Positions 8,796-16,504 of a stretch of 32,000 bases of DNA are shown one piece after another. This DNA is from an uncultured archaeon (GTDB taxonomy: Archaea; Iainarchaeota; Iainarchaeia; Iainarchaeales; JAAZKV01), in NCBI GenBank assembly GCA_964551375.1, contig CAZKBG010000001.1:747329-779328 (forward strand), read 5' to 3'. The notes under the pieces are model-generated. The model was given only the letters and a program-made list of their open reading frames with translations. It ran no database searches and had not been told where the DNA came from. The translations under genes and the position numbers were made by a program. Each line of letters opens with the position of its first letter. The first letter of the stretch is position 1.

Positions 8796-9173
8796 ATGGC
8801 TGAAGTAGTAAGTTTTTCAATGCCCGGCGACACAGCTGATGAAATTGATGCCCTTCAAAAAACTCTTGCGCTTAAAGGAAGAAGCGAATTAGTAAGAGCG
8901 GCTCTTCGCTCGCTTGAAAATGAAACAAAAGAACACTCAAAACTGAAAGGAAAAGTAAACGCAGTGCTTGTAGTATCCCATGAACATGACGACAGCCTTG
9001 AAGAAGTAATCCACCATAACGATGCGCTTGTAAAAACCCACATGCACCAGCATGTCGGCAAAAAATGCGTTGAAATATTTTTACTTGAAGGGAGCGCTGA
9101 ACAGATAAGATTACTCTATAACGCGCTTGCAAAGAACAAGCACGTTCTTGGGACGAAGTTGGTTGTGATTTGA
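8796..9173 (+). CDS. NikR-like ribbon-helix-helix metal-responsive regulator
   Basis: ORF track starts at 8784 (TTG); ATG at 8796 is preferred. RHH-like MPGDTADEIDALQKTLALKGRSELVRAALRSL plus His/Cys-rich ACT-like half VVSHEHDDSLEEVIHHNDALVKTHMHQHVGKKCVEIFLLEG. Confidence 0.78.
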   Translation: MAEVVSFSMPGDTADEIDALQKTLALKGRSELVRAALRSLENETKEHSKLKGKVNAVLVVSHEHDDSLEEVIHHNDALVKTHMHQHVGKKCVEIFLLEGSAEQIRLLYNALAKNKHVLGTKLVVI

Positions 9174-9229
9174 GATTAATTCATATTATATTTGTTCAAT
9201 TTTGGATAATTTTTACTAAACATAAATCC

Positions 9230-9278
9230 TTACGTCAATTGACGATTTGCTTTACGTCTTACTGGAAAGGTTTTTATA
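9230..9278 (+). promoter_or_regulatory. Candidate promoter/operator for HMG-CoA synthase: palindrome CGTCAATTGACG (9233-9244), TTACGTC direct repeats (9230-9236, 9252-9258), CTGGAAAGGTTTTTATA (9262-9278)
   Basis: TATA-like TTTTTATA with upstream palindrome; shared blocks with 4995-5036. Confidence 0.5.
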
Positions 9279-9302
9279 GTCCTGTGATTAGTTAATGTTT
9301 AT

Positions 9303-9335
9303 GCTTAAAGCAACACAATCTAATTGTGCTTAAGC
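9303..9335 (+). promoter_or_regulatory. Candidate 5' leader stem-loop of HMG-CoA synthase mRNA
   Basis: GCTTAA (9303-9308) pairs with TTAAGC (9330-9335); CACAAT (9314-9319) pairs with ATTGTG (9323-9328). Begins roughly where a transcript from the 9271-9278 TATA-like box should start. Confidence 0.4.
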
Positions 9336-9358
9336 GACTTTAAACAAAGGTTGATTGT

Positions 9359-10399
9359 ATGGCAGGAATAATAGGGTGGGGAAGTTACATCCCAAAATAC
9401 AGAATAAAAGCAGAAACAATAGCAGAAGTGCAGAACGCCGATGCTGACTCAATAAAAGCAGGATTAGGACTTACTGAAAAAAGTGTTCCTGGCAAAGACG
9501 AAGACACAGCAACAATCTCAGTAGCTGCGGCAAGAGATGCGCTAAAAAGAACAGAAATCAACCGAAAAGAAATAGGCGCAGTATACATTGGAAGCGAAAG
9601 CCACCCTTATGCAGTAAAGCCGACCGCTTCAATAGTTGGCGAAGCGCTTGATATTGGAAACACTTACATGGCAGTAGACACTGAATTTGCATGCAAAGCA
9701 GGAAGCGCAACAATACAAATGAATGCGGGATTAGTAAATTCAGGAATGATAAAATACGGACTAAGCATCGGAGCAGACACCAGCCAAGCAGAACCAGGAA
9801 ACGCGCTTGAATACAGCGCAGCAGCAGGCGGAGCAGCGTTCATAATCGGTCCTGACAAAGAATCAGTAGCAATACTTGAACACACTTGCTCTTACACTAC
9901 CGACACTCCTGATTTTTGGAGACGCTCAATGCAGCCATACCCATCACACGCAGGAAGATTCACAGGAGAGCCAGCCTACTTTAAGCACGTAACAGCAGCA
10001 ACAAAAATGATACTTGAAAAAAGCAAACTTGCGATGAAGGATTTTAAGTTTGTAGTATTTCACATGCCAAATGGAAAATTTCCTCTAAGAGTAGCAAAAA
10101 CTTTTGGAGTGACAAAAGAGCAACTTGAAGCAGGACTTGTGGTAACAAAAATAGGAAACACATACTCTGGCTCATCAATTTTGGGACTTGCCAGCGTGCT
10201 TGACATAGCAAAACCAAATGACAGAATTTTAGTAACTTCATACGGAAGCGGAAGCGGAAGCGACGCATTTATTTTCAAAGTAACAGACAAAATTACAAAA
10301 GCCCAAGGAAAAGCAAGAAAAGTAAATGACTACATAGCGCGAAAAGAATATTTAGGATACGCGCAGTATCTAAAACACATGGAGGGCATACACGGTTAG
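9359..10399 (+). CDS. Hydroxymethylglutaryl-CoA synthase (archaeal type)
   Basis: 346 aa; GIIGWGSYIPKYRI, AVYIGSESHPYAVKPTA, EFACKAGSATIQ with catalytic Cys, VFHMPNGKFP, YGSGSGSDAF. Confidence 0.93.
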   Translation: MAGIIGWGSYIPKYRIKAETIAEVQNADADSIKAGLGLTEKSVPGKDEDTATISVAAARDALKRTEINRKEIGAVYIGSESHPYAVKPTASIVGEALDIGNTYMAVDTEFACKAGSATIQMNAGLVNSGMIKYGLSIGADTSQAEPGNALEYSAAAGGAAFIIGPDKESVAILEHTCSYTTDTPDFWRRSMQPYPSHAGRFTGEPAYFKHVTAATKMILEKSKLAMKDFKFVVFHMPNGKFPLRVAKTFGVTKEQLEAGLVVTKIGNTYSGSSILGLASVLDIAKPNDRILVTSYGSGSGSDAFIFKVTDKITKAQGKARKVNDYIARKEYLGYAQYLKHMEGIHG

Positions 10400-10408
10400 T
10401 GATTAGAT

Positions 10409-11173
10409 ATGGCTAAACGCTACATGACTCCGCACAAACTTGGCTTTGCAAAAGCTGCTGCAGAAGCAGTGGTAAAGCAGAGAAAAAAAAGCCGAAAAGA
10501 AATTGCAATGGCTCCATGGACAACAATAAAAGGCGCAGGAATAGAACTTTGGAGAGAAAGATTCTGGTTCCACCCGTTTCGCTCAATCGGAATAATAGTA
10601 AGCATTCCGCAAAAAATGCTTTTAAAAATCGCATCAGAAAGAGCAAAAGTAAGAATGGCAAATGTAAATGTTGCCGCAATGGTCAGGGAAGAAATGGAAA
10701 GAGACGCTGGATTCAAAGCAACAGTGCAAACTGCAGTAAAAGACCACAAATGGCTTTATGTTGACTGGAAAGGAAGAATTGTGCAGACAATAAATTCTCC
10801 AATAAAAGAAAGCGAGGAAAATTTTGTTCTCAAAGACAGAGGACATGCCAAAAGGGCGAATATGAAAGAATTTAGCGGAAAAGCAACAATAAAATATGTT
10901 AACGCAAGTACACAGCCGAGAAAATCAAGCGACCCTGCAGGGCCAAGAGCAATAATGATAGGAACAAGAGGAAAAAATTTACACGTATCAAATTTGAGAG
11001 CAGGAAAAGAAGAAGTGATAGTAAGAACAGCTATAGAAAGCCAAACAATGACGCCGTTTGCGTCAAGACCAAACACAGTATTATTAAAATTAAAAATGAA
11101 AGACGGAAGCACAAAGAAATTTGTTGTTAATAAAGATGAAGCAAAAGGAGTAGTAAGAAGATTGGGGTTGTGA
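10409..11173 (+). CDS. Conserved-position hypothetical protein, basic, no recognised domain
   Basis: 254-aa ORF starting 9 nt after the HMGS stop and co-directional; translation lacks obvious TM segments or known motifs. Confidence 0.7.
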   Translation: MAKRYMTPHKLGFAKAAAEAVVKQRKKSRKEIAMAPWTTIKGAGIELWRERFWFHPFRSIGIIVSIPQKMLLKIASERAKVRMANVNVAAMVREEMERDAGFKATVQTAVKDHKWLYVDWKGRIVQTINSPIKESEENFVLKDRGHAKRANMKEFSGKATIKYVNASTQPRKSSDPAGPRAIMIGTRGKNLHVSNLRAGKEEVIVRTAIESQTMTPFASRPNTVLLKLKMKDGSTKKFVVNKDEAKGVVRRLGL

Positions 11174-11175
11174 GT

Positions 11176-11198
11176 AAAATAAAATTAGTTTTTATTTT
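11176..11198 (+). terminator. AT-only hairpin AAAATAAAA-TTAGT-TTTTATTTT after the hypothetical gene; weak terminator candidate
   Basis: 9-bp perfect inverted repeat directly after the 11173 stop. Confidence 0.3.
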
Positions 11199-11232
11199 AT
11201 AGATTAAGTAAATTTATTTTAAAGGTGTACAT

Positions 11233-12387
11233 ATGAAAGTAGGCGTAATAGGAATTGGAATAACAAAGTTCGGAGAAATTTGGGACGCAAGCTTAAGAGA
11301 ACTCTTGCTTGACGCACAGCTTCGCTCATTAAATGATGCAAAAATAGAAGCAAAACAAATAGACGCAATGTACACCGGAAACATGGCAGCAGGACAACTA
11401 AGCGGACAACTGCATGTAGGCGCAATGGCGACAGAAAATCTAAATTTAGAAATACCTTCAATAAGAGTAGAAGCAGCATGCGCAAGCGGCTCGCTCGCAC
11501 TAAGACAAGGACTTCACGCAATAGAAGCAGGCGAAGCGGATATTGTAATGGTGAATGGAGTAGAAAAAATGACTGATGTTTCAACAGAACAAGTAACAAC
11601 AGCATTAATGGGCGCAGGCGACGAAGAGCTTGAAGGATTCAACGGACTAACATTTCCAGGATTATATGCATTGCTTGCAAACGCATATATGCACGAATAC
11701 GGATTAACAAGAGAAGTATTAGCAGAAGTGTCAGTAAAAAACCACTTCCACGGCGCAAGAAACTCATACGCGCAATTTCAAAATGAAATAACAGTAGACA
11801 CCGTAATGGACTCAACAATGGTAGCAGATCCTTTAACTTTATTTGACTGCTCTCCAATAACAGACGGCGCGGCAAGCGTAATACTCGCAAGCGAAAAAAC
11901 AGCTAAAAAAATGGGCGCAGAAGTATATGTAACAGGCTCAGGACTCGCAACTGACACATTATCACTTGCAAGAAGAAAATCACTCCTTGAAATAAAAGCA
12001 GGAAAATTAGCCGCTGGCTTTGCATACAAGCAAGCTGGAATCACCGCAAAGGATATTGATTTTGCAGAAGTGCATGATTGTTTTTCAATAGCAGAAATTT
12101 ACGCAGTGGAAGCCCTGGGACTTGCAAAGCAGGGACAAGGATGGAAATTATACAAAGAAAGACAAACTTACTGCGATGCAGACAAGCCGGTAAATACAAG
12201 CGGCGGACTAAAAGCATGCGGACACCCAGTTGCAGCAACTGGAATAAAACAGGCAGTGGAAGCAGTAATGCAATTACGCGGACAAGGCGCAAAAAGACAA
12301 GTAAAGGACGCTGAAATTGGAGTAACACACAATGTGGGCGGAAGCGGAGCAACTGCAGCAGTGCACGTATTTAGAAGAATGAAATAA
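11233..12387 (+). CDS. Acetyl-CoA C-acetyltransferase (archaeal SCP2-type thiolase)
   Basis: 384 aa; EAACASGSLALRQG, VNGVEKMTDV, EVHDCFSIAEIYAVE, NTSGGLKACGHPVAATG. Confidence 0.92.
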   Translation: MKVGVIGIGITKFGEIWDASLRELLLDAQLRSLNDAKIEAKQIDAMYTGNMAAGQLSGQLHVGAMATENLNLEIPSIRVEAACASGSLALRQGLHAIEAGEADIVMVNGVEKMTDVSTEQVTTALMGAGDEELEGFNGLTFPGLYALLANAYMHEYGLTREVLAEVSVKNHFHGARNSYAQFQNEITVDTVMDSTMVADPLTLFDCSPITDGAASVILASEKTAKKMGAEVYVTGSGLATDTLSLARRKSLLEIKAGKLAAGFAYKQAGITAKDIDFAEVHDCFSIAEIYAVEALGLAKQGQGWKLYKERQTYCDADKPVNTSGGLKACGHPVAATGIKQAVEAVMQLRGQGAKRQVKDAEIGVTHNVGGSGATAAVHVFRRMK

Positions 12388-12425
12388 AAAAGCAAAAATA
12401 GGAATTATATTTGAGCGTGATAAAA

Positions 12426-12653
12426 ATGGCGGAAAAGAAAGGATTTTTTGGAAAACTATTGGGGGGAAAATCAAATTCAGGATTTGGATCAACAGATTCA
12501 GAACCAGTAAGAAGAATTGAACCCAGAATAGTTGAAGAAAGAAGAGAAGAAGACGAACCAGGACAGCTTTGGAAAAAAGCCAAGAAATGGAGAGAAGACC
12601 AGGCACTCAACGAGCCTCTTGTAAAAAGAAACCAGTACAAGAAAAAATACTGA
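12426..12653 (+). CDS. Small hypothetical protein (about 75 aa), highly charged
   Basis: Co-directional ORF (track start 12411; ATG 12426 preferred) between thiolase and DUF35; GFFGKLLGGKSNSGFGSTDSEP...PGQLWKKAKKWRED. Confidence 0.55.
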   Translation: MAEKKGFFGKLLGGKSNSGFGSTDSEPVRRIEPRIVEERREEDEPGQLWKKAKKWREDQALNEPLVKRNQYKKKY

Positions 12654-12696
12654 CACAACAAATTAGGGAAGTTTTATTGGAAAATTAGCGGATGGT

Positions 12697-13101
12697 GTGA
12701 AAATGTTTAGAGAAAGCCCGATAATAAGGTGGAGACACTACAACGACAGATATAAACTGAAAGGAAGCAAATGCACAAAATGCGGAGCAACCTACTTTGA
12801 AAAAAAAGGAGTATGCACCTGCAGCAACATGGACTTTATTGAAATGGACTTCTCAGGAATTGGAAAAATTGCAGCATTCACACAAATCCACGGCGGGCCG
12901 GAAGCATTTGAAAACAAAACACCATACTGCGTGGCAGTAATAGACTTAGCTGAAGGCGCAAGAATTGAAGCGCAGGTAGTAGACGCAAAGTACGAAAATC
13001 TAAAAATAGGAATGGAAGTTGAAGCGCAATTTAGAAAATTCTATGCAAGCGGCGAAAAAGGAGTAATCCACTACGGAACAAAATTTGTTCCAAAATTCTA
13101 A
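12697..13101 (+). CDS. DUF35 OB-fold / zinc-ribbon protein, predicted thiolase-HMGS scaffold subunit
   Basis: 134 aa; CTKCGATYFEKKGVCTC zinc ribbon plus OB-fold-like GKIAAFTQI...FENKTPYCVAVIDLAEGARIEAQV. Confidence 0.88.
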   Translation: MKMFRESPIIRWRHYNDRYKLKGSKCTKCGATYFEKKGVCTCSNMDFIEMDFSGIGKIAAFTQIHGGPEAFENKTPYCVAVIDLAEGARIEAQVVDAKYENLKIGMEVEAQFRKFYASGEKGVIHYGTKFVPKF

Positions 13102-13146
13102 CGCTCTAACCTGTGCCGATTTTGGCAAAAAGAGAGCGGGTAAATT

Positions 13147-13914
13147 ATGAAAATGCCAAAAAAGAATGAGCTGTTAGTTCTGCCTGAAGACCACGCGGCT
13201 CATTTTGCAAAAAAATGGTTAAGATTTGCAAGAATGAAAGGAAAACCGGTTGCAAAAAGAAAACTTGCTGAATTAAAAGAAAAAATGAAACGCTTCGCAA
13301 GACTTGCTCCCATGGTTGAAAAAGCTTACTGGGAAGGATACAGAAAACAGAATCCAACAAGATACCAAGCAATCGCATTATCAGAATCCGTTCTTGAAAA
13401 AGTACTGGCAGGCGAATCAAAAGCAAAAATAAAACAAGCACATTACTTGATTGCGCATAATTTTTCACTGCAAACCTTTCGAGAAAAATACGGAGAAAGC
13501 TTAATTGCACCCGCAGAAAGAATTGCAACTATAACATTTAAGATGCAGGAAGAATTACCAGGATATCTAAAAAGAAACTGGAACAAACTCAGCGAGTTTG
13601 AGCAAAAACAATTGAAAGCCACAAAAGAAGCTCTTCCAGGAATAAATCTAAGCCTTCTTGCGCACGATATTGAAGGAAAGGCGATGTCGATTCCGGTTCA
13701 TTTACTGACTCAAGCGGAAAGAGTTCACAAAGAAGCAATCACAAGCTTAATTGGCGAATCAAGATTTAATAAATTTAACAAAACAATGAACAAAGCAGTG
13801 GATATGCTGATAGAAAAAGAACATGAAGAGGAAAAAAAGAGAGGTTTAGCAAAAGGCGGAGCAAGAAAATTAACAAAAAAAGAAATTGAAGCAAGAAGAA
13901 AAAGAATTGTTTAA
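13147..13914 (+). CDS. Hypothetical basic, predominantly helical-looking protein
   Basis: 255-aa ORF co-directional in the cluster; no recognised motif; C-terminus KKRGLAKGGARKLTKKEIEARRKRIV. Confidence 0.65.
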   Translation: MKMPKKNELLVLPEDHAAHFAKKWLRFARMKGKPVAKRKLAELKEKMKRFARLAPMVEKAYWEGYRKQNPTRYQAIALSESVLEKVLAGESKAKIKQAHYLIAHNFSLQTFREKYGESLIAPAERIATITFKMQEELPGYLKRNWNKLSEFEQKQLKATKEALPGINLSLLAHDIEGKAMSIPVHLLTQAERVHKEAITSLIGESRFNKFNKTMNKAVDMLIEKEHEEEKKRGLAKGGARKLTKKEIEARRKRIV

Positions 13915-13933
13915 ATTTACGGATGGTTATAAC

Positions 13934-14878
13934 ATGCAAGAAGCAAAAGGAAGAGGATACGGAAAAGTAATACTGTTTGGAGAATACTTTTCTGTTTACG
14001 GCACTCCGGGAGCGGCGGCAGGCATTGACAAATATGTTGAAGTAAAAGCAACCAAACACAAAGACGCAGAAGATGTCATAATTGACGACCAGTTGTTCTT
14101 TAAAGAAAAAGTTTCGCTAAAAGAAAATCCCGAACACATAAAAATCAAAGGGCTTAAGGCAATGTTTAAAGATGAAATAGAAATTTCACTAAAAGGATTC
14201 AAATTAACTTACAGCGGGAACCTTCCCCACGGAGAAGGAATGGGATTTGGCTCGGCGCTTGGAGCCGCAACAGCAAGAGCAGTAAGCTCAATGTTTGACA
14301 TGAAACTAAAAGATGAAAAAATAAACGAGCTTGCGCAAAAATGGGACTCTGCGACAAACGGAACTCCCAGCGAAATTGACGACGCATGCGCAACATACGA
14401 CTCGCTTGTATGGTTTGAGAAAAACAAAGAAGACGACAAAGTCAAGGCAAGGCCGTTTAAATCAGGCGGAGCGCTCTTTTTAATAATCGGCGAAACAGGA
14501 ATAAAAAAACAAACACCAGAAGCTCTTGCGGAAGTAAAGAAGTGGAAAGAAGAAAACAAATCTGAATTTGAAAAAATACTTTCAGAAGCAAAAAAACTTT
14601 CAGGAAAAGCAAAGCTTGCGCTAAAATTCGGCGAAATGGCTGAAATAGGAAAACTAATGAATCAAAATCAGGAACTTTTAAAAAAAATAGGAGCATCTCT
14701 TCCTGAACAGGAGGCATTGATAAAAATTGCGCTTGAAAAAGGAGCATACGGCGCAAAAATTACCGGAACAGGATCTGGAAATATAATTGCGCTTTGCGAA
14801 AACGAGGCAATGCAGGACAAAATAATTGCGACAATCGAACAGAGAGGGTACAAAGCAATTAAAACAAGAATTCATTAA
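13934..14878 (+). CDS. Divergent GHMP-family kinase, mevalonate-kinase paralog
   Basis: Track ORF starts at 13886; ATG 13934 avoids overlap. GRGYGKVILFGEYFSVYG, modified motif 2 LPHGEGMGFGSALGAA, GTPSEIDDACATYDS, modified motif 3 KITGTGSGNIIAL. Confidence 0.8.
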   Translation: MQEAKGRGYGKVILFGEYFSVYGTPGAAAGIDKYVEVKATKHKDAEDVIIDDQLFFKEKVSLKENPEHIKIKGLKAMFKDEIEISLKGFKLTYSGNLPHGEGMGFGSALGAATARAVSSMFDMKLKDEKINELAQKWDSATNGTPSEIDDACATYDSLVWFEKNKEDDKVKARPFKSGGALFLIIGETGIKKQTPEALAEVKKWKEENKSEFEKILSEAKKLSGKAKLALKFGEMAEIGKLMNQNQELLKKIGASLPEQEALIKIALEKGAYGAKITGTGSGNIIALCENEAMQDKIIATIEQRGYKAIKTRIH

Positions 14879-14906
14879 ATTAGGGCAAATATTTGGGGAT
14901 GAAAAA

Positions 14907-15836
14907 ATGGGAAGCGGAAAAGGATACGGAAAAACAATACTGTTTGGAGAACACTTTGTAGTATACGGGCTTGAAGGAATACCAGCTGCGTTAGGACAAA
15001 TCACCACTGCCGAAGTTAAAAAAATCGCAGGCGAAAATGGGTACACTTTAGCAGACAACCGCCCCGCAACTCCGGGATATAAGGAAGAAAAAGCTGGTGA
15101 ATACAGCGCGCTGATTAATAGAATACTTGAATTCATGAAAGTTAAAGGAAAAATCCAGATTACGCTCGGCGGAGATTTATTCTGCGCTTCAGGAATGGGC
15201 GCAAGCGCAGCATGCGCAGTGGCAATTGCCCGCGCAATAAACGACGAGTATAAACTTAACTGGACAGATGAACAAATAAACAACGCAGCGTTTGAAGGGG
15301 AAACTGCAGGAAGCGGAACACCAAGCGGAATAGATAACACAGTGGCAACATACGGCGGGTTTATAGTTTTCGCAAAAAATCTTGAAGGCGGAGCAAACCG
15401 AATTGATCTTTTGAAAGTGAAAAAGCCTATTGAAATAGTGCTGGCTAATTCAGGATTAACCGCTCTTACAAAAGAAGTAGTAGGAGATGTGAAAAAATTA
15501 AAAGAAGCGGAGCCCGCAAAAGTTGATTTGATATTTTCAGAATATGAAAAGCTTGCAAACGAAGCAAAAAAAGCAATTTCAACAGGCGATTTGAAAAAAG
15601 TCGGGGATCTCATGAATAAAAATCACGAATTGTTGCAGAGATTAACCGTTTCATGCAAAGAACTTGATGAAATTACAAGCACTGCAAGAAATGCAGGGGC
15701 ATTTGGGGCAAAACTCACAGGGACAGGACGAGGTGGAATGGTTATTGCATTAACTCCCGGAAAAGAACTGCAGGAAAAAGTTGCAAAAGCAATTTCAGCA
15801 AAAGGGTATAAGACAACAAAAACAATGATAGGGTAA
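14907..15836 (+). CDS. mvk: Mevalonate kinase
   Basis: Track ORF starts at 14826; ATG 14907 preferred. GKGYGKTILFGEHFVVYG, CASGMGASAACAVAIARAI, GTPSGIDNTVATYGG, KLTGTGRGGMVIAL. Confidence 0.85.
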   Translation: MGSGKGYGKTILFGEHFVVYGLEGIPAALGQITTAEVKKIAGENGYTLADNRPATPGYKEEKAGEYSALINRILEFMKVKGKIQITLGGDLFCASGMGASAACAVAIARAINDEYKLNWTDEQINNAAFEGETAGSGTPSGIDNTVATYGGFIVFAKNLEGGANRIDLLKVKKPIEIVLANSGLTALTKEVVGDVKKLKEAEPAKVDLIFSEYEKLANEAKKAISTGDLKKVGDLMNKNHELLQRLTVSCKELDEITSTARNAGAFGAKLTGTGRGGMVIALTPGKELQEKVAKAISAKGYKTTKTMIG

Positions 15837-15913
15837 TTTTTTGAAAATTTGCAGAACTTAGGAAGTAATTAAATCAAAAGTATTTGTAATAAGATATTAT
15901 TGGCTGTGAAAAA

Positions 15914-16477
15914 ATGGAAAAAAGAATAATTCTTGGAGTCAGCGGGGCATCAGGAGTAAATTATGCCCTTACTTTGCTAAAAGAATTGAAAAAAAGCGGA
16001 GTAGAGGTTCACTTAATCATGAGCGAGTGGGCTGAAGTGGTATTGGCTCTTGAAACAGGAAAAAAAGTAGCTGAAATGAAAAAACTTGCATTCAAAACAT
16101 ACTCAAACAAAGATATGGCAGCAAGCGTATCCTCAAGCTCATTTTTAGTGGATGGAATGATAGTGCTTCCAGCTTCAGTAAAAACAGTATCTGAAATAGT
16201 TCATGCGCACACTTCAAACTTAATCACACGATGCGCGGATAATATGCTGAAAACAAAAAAAACACTTGTGATTGGATTTAGAGAAACCCCAGTCAGTCCA
16301 CCGACACTTGAAAATCTCTATAAACTTTCGCTCTACGGGGCAATTATATTTCCATTAAGTCCGGGGTTTTACAATAAGCCAAAAACAATTAAAGACATAG
16401 AGGGATTTATTGTAGGCAAAGCAATGGATTTATTAGGTGTTAGAAATAATACTTATAAAAGATGGGAGAAGGCATAA
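15914..16477 (+). CDS. ubiX: UbiX-family flavin prenyltransferase
   Basis: 187 aa; IILGVSGASGVNYALTLLKEL, MSEWAEVVL, SSFLVDGMIVLPASVKTVSEIVH, LVIGFRETPVSPPTLENLYKLS. Confidence 0.9.
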   Translation: MEKRIILGVSGASGVNYALTLLKELKKSGVEVHLIMSEWAEVVLALETGKKVAEMKKLAFKTYSNKDMAASVSSSSFLVDGMIVLPASVKTVSEIVHAHTSNLITRCADNMLKTKKTLVIGFRETPVSPPTLENLYKLSLYGAIIFPLSPGFYNKPKTIKDIEGFIVGKAMDLLGVRNNTYKRWEKA

Positions 16478-16504
16478 AAGCGCTTAAAACAAAAAGGTGA
16501 TTAT

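Noticed and set aside
8872-9132. Antisense and Leu-rich ORFs (for example 8872..9132, 10044..10268, 11219..11605, 14457..14756)
   Set aside because: They lie opposite well-supported genes and show low-complexity Leu-rich translation typical of the complement of biased coding DNA.
13934-14878. Assignment as phosphomevalonate kinase or diphosphomevalonate decarboxylase
   Set aside because: Motifs resemble a modified mevalonate kinase, and the AcnX/UbiD/IPK route makes these steps unnecessary; no diagnostic MDD motif recognised. Left as a divergent GHMP kinase.
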